A stretch of DNA of 58,988 bases, filler included, from Porpidia crustulata (lineage: Eukaryota), in the NCBI GenBank assembly GCA_964255105.1. It is 3 parts of 3 records of this genome, joined end to end, with 100 filler letters (N's around TTAATTAATTAA, not from the genome) between each part and the next. Parts side by side here need not be neighbours in the genome. Positions count along the whole stretch, not along the records: positions 19,704 to 39,302 come from CAXUWE010000137.1; positions 39,403 to 58,988 come from CAXUWE010000138.1; 1 more part is not named here. One strand, written 5' to 3'. Every line of letters starts with the position of its first letter. Positions within the stretch are counted from its first letter, which is position 1. The position numbers and the translations under genes are program-made. Below are positions 34,176-47,143 of the stretch, piece after piece. Below the pieces are notes generated by a model. The model had not been told where the DNA came from. It saw only the letters and a list, made by a program, of their open reading frames with translations, and made no database searches.

Positions 34176-37135
34176 ATGATTGATACTGTCTTGTCTCTCA
34201 CAACTCCAGAACATAGGCAGCCAAGTAATACAGTCACGACGAGTTCAGATGCAACATTATATCGACATGGCAGTGACGAGCTCGCATCGAGTCGGGGACC
34301 GGGCACCCAAAAACCGACACTATTCCACAAAGTCAAGAACCAAAAGTCGATACTTGCTATTGCCGTATCAGACTCCAAGATCTACTCAGGAACGCAGGAT
34401 GGCGAGTTGAAGGTACACGGTGGCTCTTGGCATGGATGTTGCACAGCTTACCCTAGGGTATTTAGGTTTGGACTCTGGATACTTACGAATTGCTCTCAAC
34501 AATTTCCGCGCACCGAGGTAGTAGCGTCCTTTGTCTTTTTCTCTCAGGAGACAAGTCGCTACTCTTTTCTAGCGGAGGAGATGCCATAGTAAATGTATAA
34601 AATTTATGGTGGATGATTCAAATGGTCTGAGCTGATCTCCTGTTGACTTTAGGTGTGGTGCACCAAAACACTGAACCGACTTTATTCGATATATTCCATA
34701 TACGATATTGGCGACGTTTTCTGCGTTACATACTCTACAGTCTCTCAAACCATCTACCTAGGAGCACAGAATACAAGCATTCAGGTACTCATTGTCCTCC
34801 CTCGATCCGCAGAAGACAATATTGTCTTAACGCTTGTCAGTGGTATAATCTTTCGCAGAATGATTCGAGATCCCGGAAAAACCTGTCGTCACACCCATCT
34901 CAAAGAAATCATCGGTTCTTCGACTCGAAAGGGCCTGGTGGGGTGTCGAAGCCCCGGCCACTCACCACAGCGGAGCTGGAAGCGGATGGAGGCCAAGTCT
35001 TGGAAATCAACAATAACAACATTGTGCAATATGCGCATTTCGGATATGTTTACTGTATGGTCCTGGCCAAAGGTCTGAACAGCGGTCGATCAGATGACGA
35101 AACTTTGATATCCGGTGGAGGTGACGGAACCATCAAGCTGTGGTCTCTATATCATGATTCAGAAGGCGCTATCAAAGAGTCATTCACTCTTGGGAATGGC
35201 GATGACTCCATCTTGGCGATGGTACTCGACGGGGCTTTTTTATACAGTGGACGGCTTGACGGGGATATTAACGTGTGGGACCTTGATACACACCAGATGA
35301 TCCGGAGAATCAAGGCTCATACAGCTGGTGTATTGACACTAGCCGTCGGCTGTGGCCTCCTCTTTAGCGGTAGTGCGAATGGCTTTGCTAAGCAATTCGA
35401 TTCACGATACGAATGCGTGACCAGATGGAAAGCACATGATCAGCTTATCCTTGCTTCCGCTATTGCTCACCACAATGGAAAGGCGATCTACGTCACTGGT
35501 GGAAACGATGACTGTATCGCCATCTGGAATATTGGCGATGACACCAAAGATCAAGGAAAGGGACCCATAGCAAGTAACGAACAGCTTTTCGTTGCGCTCT
35601 CCCAATTCATCTCATATCGTACGGTATCCTCAAAGCCAGAATACGCTAAGGATTGCCGATCTGGAGCTTCATGGCTTAGGAATCTCTTCAAGACTTTTGG
35701 CGCTGACACGGACATGTTCACAACTGAGGACAATAGAAATCCTGTGGTTTTCGCCCGCTTCAAAGGCAAGAATGCGAATTCGCGAGGAGCAAAGAAGATA
35801 TTATTTTATGGGCATTACGATGTTGTTGCAGCCGAGAACAAGACACAAGACTGGATCGAAGACCCTTTCAGAATGCATGGCACCAACGGCTATCTCTATG
35901 GAAGAGGCGTTTCAGACAATAAGGGCCCTGTTCTAGCCGCACTCTATGCCATAGCTGATGTTGTTGCTACACAGGAACTCAGCTCTGATATTGTCTTCTT
36001 GATAGAAGGAGAGGAAGAATGCGGGTCGAGAGGCTTCCAGGCGGCGATCAAGAATAACAAGCACATTATTGGCGACATCGACTGGATCTTGCTAGCAAAT
36101 AGTTATTGGCTAGACGACAATTTTCCCTGCCTTACGTATGGCCTCCGAGGTGTGGTGCACGCGACAATTGAGGTCCAGAGTGACCGGCCTGATTTGCATA
36201 GCGGTGTTGATGGCAGTCATCTCATACACGAAGCGTCAAAGGACTTAGTGGCATTGCTAGCAGAGCTAACAGGTGCTAACGGGGAAATCAGTATCCCTGG
36301 TTTTTATGAGCCAATACTTCCTATCACTGAAGCTGAGAATCAACGATACGAGGCGATAAGCAAAACGCTACTTCGTCGTGATCCAAGTCTTGGGGATGCC
36401 CAAAGCCTCAGGGAGTCCTTCAAAGCAAGGTGGAGAGAGCCATCACTAACCATACACCGCATTAATACTTCGGGGCCTGCGAACTCGACTATCATCTCCC
36501 GCCTTGCAACCGCAGACCTGTCCATTCGGCTGGTACCAGAACAACATACTACAGCCATAGAGAAAGCGTTGCGAAAAGTCTTGCACGAGGCGTTTGAGAA
36601 GCTGCACACAACCAATAATCTAGCAGTCACAATCAACCATCAAGCAGAGCCGTGGCTTGGTGACCCGAATAATCAGATCTTTCAAATCCTTGAGGAAGCC
36701 ATTATCGAAGTCTGGGGCCCAATCGCTCATGAGCGTCGTGGCTCTGCCCCTACTAAGAGGCCAACGTCAAAAAGTTTGACGGATGGCCCCGGTAGCCCAA
36801 AAGCCTCACCCGTGACGTCCTCTACTCTTTCAAATGGCAGCGATCATCTTTGGCAGGCGACTACAGAAATCAAAGATATCGGGGATCACGATGTTGGGAG
36901 TCAGCAGCAATACTCACCTAGTCAAATGCCACCAAAGCCGCTCTACATCCGAGAAGGTGGATCTATTCCAGCCATACGCTTCCTGGAGCAAGAATTCGAT
37001 GCGCCAGCAGCGCATTTACCCTGCGGTCAAGCAAGTGACAACGCTCATTTGGACAATGAGAGACTTCGGCTTTCTAATCTCTACAAAAGCCGCCAGATTT
37101 TCGCAAAGGTATTTCAAGAACTTCCGCTCAGATAA
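34176..37135 (+). CDS. DUG2: Dug2: WD40 + M20 peptidase-like subunit of the glutathione degradation complex (4 exons)
   Basis: Exons 34176-34412, 34466-34594, 34653-34784 and 34841-37135, all phase 0. WD40 repeats, then M20 motifs FYGHYDVV, LYGRGVSDNKGP, EGEEECGS, REGGSIP and DNAHLDNER. Confidence 0.93.
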
Positions 37136-37499
37136 TTGAGCATTGCATGCGGCAAGGGTTTGACCTTTTGAAAATTTATGTTATGGTAGATACCCTTCGA
37201 GCGAGCGTTTGCTATCTTTTTGTAGGGTGTTAGATCACCTACAACAGTAAGAATATACAACTTAAAGACGGCGTGAAATAACATGACTTTCACCCAAAAT
37301 CATTGAGCTCAAGTCTACTACAGAGTATACTACCCATTAGCCTGATGATTTGATGCAAGGCGAATACTAGGCTAGAGCAGGTTGCGCGGGCTGCAGCCGC
37401 AGAGCTCAACATCACTCGATTCTTCGACCGTTGTGATACCAATCTACATTCGTAGGAAAGCTGTCGCTGCAAGTAGTATCGTAAAAGGCAATTATTAAG

Positions 37500-39169
37500 A
37501 TGGCGTTCGGCTTTGGAGTGGGCGATATTCTTATGTTGACTAATATGATCATCAACGCGGTCACAGATATTCATGACGCTCCCAAAGAGCTCCGAGAACT
37601 TGCAGAACGAGTTGACTTGGTTGACGCAACGCTAGAATCAATCGGCGAGATGGTGTTTAGTCAAGCTGTGGGAAGCGCCAGAAATATGCGGAGTATGACG
37701 AGGTTGAAAGAAAGAGTCAAGGAAGTGTTAGACAAAATGTGTAACATCGTAATCAAGTATCGAGACAACGAAGGCCGAGTAAATCCTTTCAATCGAGTTG
37801 TATATGGGTTCTGGGATAAGCGTGGAATTGGGGAGTTAGTGATCGAACTAGCAAAGAGGACTGATGACTTGACCACCTTCATTACTGTACAAACTTGGCG
37901 ATTGACCAACCAGATTAGGCCACTGGTAGAAAGAGTGCTTGCTGGGCAAGAACACGAGCGTGCAAATGAACAGAGGCCAGGGGAAAACCGCGTTGCTGCA
38001 CGGCGCCCCGAAGATACCAACACTCATAACACCGTCTCTGATCAAACCGATCAGGTGCAAGCTGTCTTGGACCGCGTGTTGCAGACAGAGCGGCCGAACA
38101 CTTCGACCTTGCCAGCTGGTCAAGAGGATGTATCTATTGAAAGAGAGATTGAGATACAGCTAGGGCAAGTGGGCATCCGAGCCCCAGTTATCAAGGCTCT
38201 GATCGAGGTGATCAATACACAGCGAAATCAGTTTGCCCACCCAGAAGACATTGATCCGAATTCATACACTGCAGGCAGGGGCCAAGTGGAGGTTCCCAAG
38301 GGATGGATCATGGTAATTGATAGTTATAATGAAGGTAAGCACGAAATCCTGACCCACCTCCCAATGCTACGTTAACATCGCTCAAAGTACGGTCTATCAT
38401 TGCTCAAACTTATCTTGAGCTTATCCGAGTCTGGACGGTCAACAATAGCGGCGAATGGCTTTTCAACCGAGTCGAGTCGGCAGGCGTCCAGGTCGAGACC
38501 AGTTCCTCCAGACGAGCTCTAAAAAGTCATTCAAAGCCCCTTGTAAGGGGCGGTAGCCCCCCGGAAAGCGCTGCGCTGAGGGCCATCTCCGGTCACGAAT
38601 CCTTCTTCCGATCCGAGGAGAAAAACGACATCCTGACCCGCATCGCCCAGCACCGAAGTCGCGGCATCGACAGCTGGCACTTCCAAACCTTCGAATACAT
38701 GCTCTGTTTCGACAAATCCGTTCACGAAACCCTAACCGCCCTCGCCCACTCCTACCAAAAACGATCCCGCAACCCGCCATCCCCTGCCACAGCCCAGTCC
38801 AAAATCATCCTCGCCACCGATATCCGCCTTGAAGACGCCGCCGCCGACCTCCACCCCGACGACGCCAGCCGCCTCGCCGCCAGCGTCACCAGCGGCGTCG
38901 ACCGCTTCCTCGAAACCGAACTCCACTGGTCCAAACCCCCCTTGCCCATCGACGGCGCGCCCTTCCGCACCAAGCAGATCGTGCTGCCCCGGCTCGGCGG
39001 CGCGCTCGACCCGGCCCAAAAGGAAGCCAAGCTGAGCGAGATTTCGGAGCGGACGGCATGTCGGATCCGCGTCACGGACGAGCGGTTCGACGCGCAGCTG
39101 GTTTCGGTCACGGGGCCGAGGGAGGCGCTGGCGGAGGCGGTGGCGTTGGTGGAGGAGGCGTTGCGTTGA
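37500..39169 (+). CDS. Fusion protein: fungal STAND N-terminal (HeLo-like/SesA) domain + LMW-PTP-like domain + KH-like domain (2 exons)
   Basis: Intron 38335-38387 (GTAAGC...TTAAC...AAG) joins ORF 37500 in frame to a stop-free exon that continues into ORF 38699-39169. N-terminus MAFGFGVGD...DAPKELREL. Middle WIMVIDSYNEVRSIIAQ...VESAG...HRSRGIDSWHFQTFEYMLCFD. C-terminus KLSEISERTACRIRV...LVSVTGPREALAEAVALV. Confidence 0.72.
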
Positions 39170-39302
39170 TGGTCTATTTCATATCATACCTACAGAGACG
39201 CTCAGGATGATCTTTGATACCCAAACTCATCCGAAGCGCTTTCTGGCCGAGGCTTTTCTTGGATGTTTCTATTCGTTAGAAATGTCCCGAGCATCCGCAA
39301 CC

Positions 39303-39402
39303 NNNNNNNNNNNNNNNNNNNNNNNNNNNNNNNNNNNNNNNNNNNNTTAATTAATTAANNNNNNNNNNNNNNNNNNNNNNNNNNNNNNNNNNNNNNNNNN
39401 NN
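39303..39402. other. Artificial contig-joining spacer (N44-TTAATTAATTAA-N44)
   Basis: Identical to the spacer at 19604-19703. Confidence 0.97.
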
Positions 39403-40280
39403 TCGCAAGACAGAGCGAGGACTGATGCGGTGAGGCATATGGATAGAGAGAGGGATGAGGCTAAAACTGGCGATCCTTTCCGGGATTAAGGGGATACCGA
39501 AAATAGCTTCCTAATTGTATGATAATACCTTGTAGACCATCCATTATTTTAAGGACCATGTCTGTTTTAGACCGCGCGTGTTGCTTAGCGAATCTCTTAA
39601 CATCTTGGTATAGAGCAGAGCCTTGTGGGCTTCTCAGGACAAATTTTAAGTTGGCAGCACGCGTGGGAGTGTAGTGTTTATTACTGTCTTGGTCCAGGGC
39701 CTCATCTATCGAGGTTGATAGGAACCTTGGACGTCAATTCTGTCTGGTGACATTTTCGCGGTCTTCCTAGACCAACGGCTCGTTGCATTTTTGCCACTGC
39801 CTTAGGACCGGCCAACAAGACAGAAGATCGGTTGGATACGGGTCCTCGCATCGTAACACAAGATTAATGAAAGGTAAAGGATAGAGATTGGGCATCAGCC
39901 AGATTTAGAAGGATTGCTGTTTGAGAAGCGCCAGAACGCAGAACAAATGTCTGGATCCGGCATGAATCTCAACTGTTGTGGTTGCTGGCGTAGTGAAAGT
40001 GATTTGCGTTCAATTGTAAATGGATCTAACAAGCTAGAGAGCAATCAATGACTTGTTTGAGGAATCGTGTGTTGTTGATGTGCTTTCGTCGACTTGTTTG
40101 ATTTTCCTGGGTGGTTATAGCATCAAATGCATTCCTATAAGTAGTAGTCCGTAAAGTATGAATATCACGGCAACAGAACGTTAATAGCACTTGTGAGCCA
40201 GAGAAAAAGGCAAGGGCCCAAAATTGTCATAGATTTCCCAATAGATCACCCTCATACACCTTGGAACCATCGTCAAACTG

Positions 40281-41692
40281 ATGCAGATCAGTGGGCTTAC
40301 AAAGGGAACGGTGGAGACGCTATCAGAGCTAAACAGTCGAGAAAACGTACCTGTGGGCACAATGAACGCTCTTATCGTTCTCTATATTATTTGTGCTATC
40401 ATTTGTGGTGGTCTTGTAGGTTATATTATTATTTCCGTTTACAGGACGCGAGTCAATCGGAGACGAATAATCTTTGAAACGCAAGCATCCCGGAGGACAA
40501 CACGACAAGATCCGGCTAGCCCACGCTCGAGACGATCAGCAACACAGACAGTAGCTCAAGGTACAGGTGGCAGAGAAGCTCACGGTAGGGTCTTGCAATG
40601 ATATCTTGGTAAGCATATATGGTTAATTCCCCATAGAATTACCGTCACCTGCCCATTCCATACCTTCAACTTCCGCAGTAGGCTCGTGGTCCACAGAACC
40701 ATCAGATGCGAGCAGTACGAGAGCTACTGTAGGTAGACCCACCGTTGGGCATCGACCAGAGCCCCATCAGAGCAACAACAGGTAAAGTCGCTGCCCTTAC
40801 CATACGAGAAGTGCATCTCCTGATTTCCCTCGCTTGGCAGTACCGAGGCTCGGCGTACTTCCACTTCCTCAAGTCGGAATGCGCCTTCAGGCCTGGAACC
40901 ACGGACTCGAGAGCCATCTGACAGGCCATCTTACCCAATTGAGCAACTTGGGCGGACTCACTTCAATGAGGATTGGGGGAGTTATTCGAGTCGACCATTT
41001 GCCGGCCATTACTCGCGTTCCGGTAGGTCGCTGAGTATAATTTGACTTCTAAGTGCTCGTTTTAGAGAAATCCTCTCGATCTATGCCAAGAGGAACTTAG
41101 CTTACTTAAGTCTTCAGTTACATCACGAGTCAACCATGACGAAGAAGCTGGACCGACGATAGTTAGGCGCGAATTTTATGGCTCTAGCTCTGCTGCTGGA
41201 GACCTGGAAGCTGGTGATAGACTAAGCGATCAGCTAAGCGACGGTCGTTCAGATCACCCAGAAGAGCTAAGCGATGAATCTCCTAGGCAAGCTTCCCACT
41301 CTTCTTTCGGCGTCGGTGGTGAGAAAGTGGATCAAACCGAGTCTCGGAAAGGTTTGTCAGACGATTCTAGGCTCATAAGCAGTCTCATATCTTCCCCAAG
41401 TGAACCACATGAGCGACACCCGGAAGACCTTGCTCCATCTGATAATGCCCCTATTTCAACAGGGCCGGTTCCAAGCATAATCTCGTCACTTGGCCGCGAT
41501 GATCACCACGGAGGTTCCCATCCAAGCCAGCATCAGGACGATCATATGGAACATGAAGTTTCCCCGAGAGATAGTAACAATGATACTTGGATGGACGAAG
41601 AAAATCCAATTGTCCAGCATGGCAGCCAAGGATCGGAGAGAACTCCCGAAAGCCAAGATAGAGAAGTAAAGCTGGAACGTCATACAAAATAG
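40281..41692 (+). CDS. Orphan multi-exon single-pass membrane protein with a long disordered tail
   Basis: TM segment ALIVLYIICAIICGGLVGYIIISVY followed by RTRVNRRR. GT-AG introns at about 40585-40636, 40782-40840 and 41022-41116 join four stop-free exons in frame, ending in ORF 41327-41692. Confidence 0.5.
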
Positions 41693-42300
41693 AGACACTA
41701 TATCACATGAGGATTGGATGGAATGAGTAAGGGGGGAAAATGTGATGCTTGTACGAGGAATAGAGTTACTGAAAGAGTCGCACAATCTTCTGTGTTGAGC
41801 GAAAATGCATGCATGATTGCTGGATTTTGTATGCCGTCGATACTTCCGACCAAGATATTCTCTGAATCACTCTCCGCTCGTATACGTGTTAATACGTGGA
41901 CCGTAATTCCCAAATGCGAGCTGTATTTTGGAAAATTTGTATAGATATTGATGGATACTCGCCTGCATAAGTGAAGGCGGAATGTTATGCTAAAGATCTT
42001 GATTGCCTGCCCCTAATATCACCAATACTCGAGCTCAATGTTGGCTACACGGGCCCATGGCAGTACAAGAAGTAGATTAATCTGACAACAAGAGTAAGAT
42101 ATCATCAAGTTTGAGTGATGCGTTCACTCGGCGTGCTCGGGTGCTTATGCGTATGTATCGACTCCAAGCGGAACATGCCGCCGTGCCCTCCTTACATCCC
42201 AAACTTCTGTTTATTAACGTGTAACACAGCCGTAGTGTACCTTACCGAAGCACAAATGACTTAAGTAAGACACTGGCCAAGGCTATGAGAGTCAAGCAAG

Positions 42301-44479
42301 ATGTGGAACGACGAGGACAATAACCCATATGGATCTTTCGACCGTCGGAACTCTTCCGATATTCCCAATGTTAGGACACAGGATCATCGTGAGTGTTCTG
42401 GTCATACCAAGGCAGTAGCTCTTCAATGTTGTCTAATGTATACTAGGGTCGGGATTCGAACGACCATCGACTCCCACTTCCGAAGATGAATTCCCATCAA
42501 ACGAGCCACCAGAATATGTTTCTCAGCCCCAGGACCTAAGTGACGAGGATGATGAGCACTACGCCCAGCAAAGGAGTGCATCGTCAAGCAGAAAGAAAGG
42601 AGGATATGATAGTCGCGTGGAGAAAATTTTGTATGAGAATCCAGATCTACAGATTATTATCACCGATGCAGGCAAGAGTCACCAGAGCGGGGGAAGCTAT
42701 ATTGTGTACACTATTAGGACTGGAGTAGGCATTTGGGGGAGTCAGTGTTGATGCTCAGGCTGACATCATGAAGGAGCTTGAGGTACAAAGACGTTATTCA
42801 GAATTCAACTCTTTGAGAGCCACGCTCGTCAGCTTACATCCAACTCTCATCATCCCTCCGATTCCGGAGAAACACTCAATGGCAGACTATGCAGCCAAAC
42901 CTACAAAGGCAAAAGAAGATATGGGTATCATAGACTTGAGGAAAAGAATGCTCACTGTTTTCTTGAATCGCTGCCGAAAGATGAAAGAGGTCCGAGAAGA
43001 TGGGGTGTGGTGGAGGTTCTTGGACCCTAATGCCAGCTGGGTGAGGCGGTCTTTGGAAATTTACGATCAACTCAATTAACACTTTGCTGCTAGAGCGAGG
43101 TCCTGAACTCGCATCCTGTTGCATCGATACCGAGAAGCAATCTGAAAGCGCCGCCTCTCACCCCCTTCGATCCAACTCCCGGCCACCAATGGCTTCCTGT
43201 ACCGTCATCCTCCGCCAAACTAAAATCATCATCCAGGACTTCTTCTTCAGGAACCCCATCCTCGCCTCCCGCCTACTCTGCCATGGCATCATCCGCTGCT
43301 CACAGCATTCCTGGTCCGCAAATCTTCGGCCGTTTCCCGCCCGCATCCCAGAATTTATCCGAACAAGAGCTGGACCCTTATTTCAATAATTTTGAATCGT
43401 CCACTCGAGAGCTGGAACTACTTTTACAAGGGAACATTGAAAAAGTCAACAGGCGCACTTTGACGCATCTTTCCGCATTATCGACAGATATGGCGGAGCT
43501 AGGCGCTAGATATAATGGGTTCTCGCTCTCTGAGCAGTCGCCAACTGTGGCAGCTGCAATCGAGCGGATAGGGCAAGCAGTGGATTCATCGTATATAGCG
43601 ACCGAAGAGCTGTCCTCCACACTAGGCGCCAATTTTGCCGAGCCGATGCGCGAAAGTGCACAATTTGCGGGAGTTGTCCGAAGTGTTTTACGGTTCAGAG
43701 TTTTGAAAAGGGTACAGGAAGAAATGACAAAAGAGGAGCTATCTTCAAAAAGGGCGCTCCTTGATTCACTTGAAAGAAGTGAACAGGAAGCCAAAAGAAT
43801 CGAGCAATATCTGACTAGCACTGGAGCTCCTAGTGCGCTACCAAAGAGGTCAACGTCGTCGGCTTCTACGCGTAGCACAAGGTCCGAGGCCACGATAATT
43901 GCACGACAAGAAGGGGGTACCGAAGACACAGCATCCATAGATTCCGACTTTCCCCCAACGCATACTGAAGGTTCGTCGACGCCGTCAGCAGCCCAGGGAC
44001 CCGGACAAGAGCCTTCGACATCTTCGACAAACCATAAAAAGAGTCCAAGCGGCGGTTTTGTCGCCAACAAAATCTTCGGACGAATTAGTCATGCTGTGCA
44101 TGGTATCGTTGATGTCGATCCGGAGCGGACCAGGCGGGACCAAATTGGGAAAACTCGAGAAAGTCTGGTACATGTAAGACATCCCAATACCGTTGCATCA
44201 CTATTACTGACGATTTAAAGCTGGAGCAAGCACTTCAGGTTTCGGAGCAGGACGTCAAAGACGCGAGTGCGGGCATTCTGAGGGACTTGAAACGTTTCCA
44301 GCTCGAGAAAGAAGAAGATCTCAAACGGTACATGGTATGTTTATGAATCAGTCGGATCATCTACCTATACTAAGAGCGGATAGATTGCATACGCGAGATG
44401 TCACATAGACTGGGCGAAGAAGAACGTAGATACCTGGAAGGAAGCAAAGGACGAAGTTGATAAGATCGAGGCTAGGTAG
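42301..44479 (+). CDS. SNX41: Sorting nexin Snx41/Atg20 family (PX + BAR), multi-exon
   Basis: MWNDEDNNPYG start; PX domain YIVYTIRTG/EVQRRYSEFNSLR...LIIPPIPEKH...RKRMLTVFLNRC; BAR region AELGARYNGFSLSE...DVDPERTRRDQIGKT; last exon ...WAKKNVDTWKEAKDEVDKIEAR*. Confidence 0.92.
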
Positions 44480-45523
44480 GTAGTACTTGTGAATTGTAAA
44501 CGCAGCAGCAGGCGCTCGCGTGGCCAGCAGCTCTACCCCTAATGGGATGGTATTTTAGATGCAGCAGCTTCATTTGTTAGCTACCATACCACCTGATGAT
44601 TTGAATGAGAATGCAACACGAAGATGTGTATATCCAAGCGTAACCACGGAACCAAGGTACCATCTGTGGAACAGCTCTAGTAGCTGATCCCTCGGCACTG
44701 GGTGGGTTATTGGCAGCTCATTGACACTTCTGGCATCTTTTGTTAAAATTGCTGTCTCGGTCAGTCTGTCGGTACCGCTACATACCTCACATAAAAATCC
44801 GGGGAAATGCCTGAATAAATCCAAGACATCCGCCATGATCAGGAGCGGGAAGGATTTTGGGGATCGTAAGGCTGCGCTGTCACGCCTGTCTGTACCTAAT
44901 CTGTAGGTACCTGTCGGCTAGGTGATTTGCGGGTTAGCCTCTGAGATCTTTCGTTTCCTCTCCTCAACCATCACCACCCATGGGTAAATATCAAGGCCGC
45001 AAGATGTCTATAGTTTCCAATAATCGAAGGCAATCTCCACATCCATGCTATTCTTGTTATGAATACTCGCATCGCGTCCTTCCGGCTGCGGCGAAGCTTC
45101 TTAATGATAAATTACCATTGGCGCTGCCCTGAATCTGAGCCGTCAGTTCTCATACGATGATCACTCCGGCGCTATTTAAGGGCTAAGGCGCCCAAGCTGC
45201 CAAGCACCGGCGAACAGGCACGCCAGTCGAGCCCGCTTTCGTCCAGCCCAATGTGCATTGCGCCACCCAACTCTGCACAGTTGAATGAAACATCATCAGG
45301 TCGGGACACGAGAACGAAACCGAGCGACCAAAAGTCGCACATCAGCCCATCACCTGTGCGCCATCGTTGCTTATACACTGATGGAAGGGCAGCGGGCTCT
45401 CGATTCCATCTTTTCAATACTAGCCGCATGATCGCCTTCCCCTCCGCCGCATAACGACGAAGGCTTCCTCGAACATATATCCTAATATTCTTCTGTGCAA
45501 TTCTGATTGCTCTACATACTACC

Positions 45524-47143
45524 ATGAGGGTTTCACGATGGCGACCTCAATTGTTCGGAGCACTGGGAGCTTTTACATACGGCGGACATGTCGCGTTGGC
45601 AATCAATCTGGATCTTAGCAGCACTGGTAATACTCAATCGCGATCTCTGACCGGGCCCCGGCTTCAGAACTCGAAGATTTCCATGCAAGAGTGTCAAGCT
45701 AATAAGCCATTATACAGACTCAATCAAGTCGGCTGCTGCCACAGTCGCGCATGGAATGATGTCATATTATAACGGCAATGAGTCGGGAATGTCAGTAGGA
45801 TTATTGCCAGACCCATATTACTGGTGGGAAGCGGGTGCTATGTTTGGCCAAATGATCGAATACTGGTACTACACTGGCGACAGTACATACAACGATGTAG
45901 TAATGGAAGGGCTCTTGGCGCAAATTGGACCCAATCAAGACTTTATGCCACCGAATCAGACCAAGACAGAGGTGAGCGCTGCGACGATCGCAGATGGAAG
46001 GGTATTCATTCATAGACCTTTTACTGACTATTTCCCAGGGTAACGATGACCAAGCCTTTTGGGCATTTGCGGCAATGTCTGCTGCCGAGATGAAATTTCC
46101 AGAACCTCCCCCAAAGCAGCCGTCGTGGCTTTCTCTCGCCCAAGCCGTCTTCAATGAACAAGTTAGTCGCTGGGATACGCAAAATTGTGGTGGAGGGCTT
46201 CGATGGCAGATTTTTACCTTCAATAAAGGTTACAACTACAAGAACAGTATTTCGAATGGGGGCTTCTTTCAGCTCGCCGCCCGCCTGGCTAGATATACTG
46301 GTAACGACACCTATGCGCAATGGGCAGAAAAATCGTACGATTGGGCGTTAACGACACCTCTTCTCACGGATCAGTACGTCGTCTTTGATGGAGCGGACAT
46401 CGCAAATAATTGTACCCAAGCCTCACCACTTCAATGGACATATAATGTAGGCACTTATCTGATGGGTGCTGCTAATATGTATAATTACGTAAATCACCCC
46501 CCTTCATCATTTTTCCTTGATTAAGAAACTGACCCTCACTTCTTCGATACAGACCAATGGATCCAATAAATGGCGTAAGCGTGTCGAGGGTTTCCTCAAC
46601 AGCTCTGCAGTCTTCTTTCCAAGCCAAGCTGGAGGCAACGTGATGGTTGAAGTTGCCTGCGAACCGCAAGCATCCTGCAATAACGATCAGCCTTCGTTCA
46701 AAGCCTATCTTGCACGATGGATGGCTGCCACAACGCAAATCGCTCCCTTCACCGAGAACTTCGTCATGCAAAAACTACGCGCCTCTGCCACCGGCGCTGC
46801 AGGCCAATGCAGTGGATCACCTAGAGGCGGCACAACCTGTGGTCGAAAGTGGTACGAAGGCTCATGGGATAACGAACAAGGGGTTGGAGAACAAATGAGC
46901 GCGTTGAGTGTCATACAGGCGAATTTAATCCAGAAGGTCAACCCACCCGTATCTCTGATATCAGGAGGCTCGAGTAAAAGCAACCCCAGCGCTGGTACTG
47001 CCCCTGTCAGCGGCCCTCCGGATCCTGCAAGCGTTACTACAAGGCTTATCACGGCTGGCGACAAGGCCGGAGCAGGCATCCTAACGGCTATCACACTCCT
47101 TAGTCTCCTGGGGTGTATCGTGTGGATATGTGTTGATTTTTAG
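45524..47143 (+). CDS. GH76 endo-alpha-1,6-mannanase/transglycosidase, Dfg5/Dcw1 family, probably GPI-anchored (4 exons)
   Basis: Signal peptide; [12 protein letters not shown]; catalytic [40 protein letters not shown]-terminal [10 protein letters not shown] + hydrophobic tail. Introns at about 45627-45717, 45972-46038 and 46489-46552. Confidence 0.95.

Noticed and set aside
721..37135. Glutathione-themed cluster (GST-like fusion + DUG2)
   Set aside because: The genes are over 30 kb apart and on different contigs separated by an artificial spacer.
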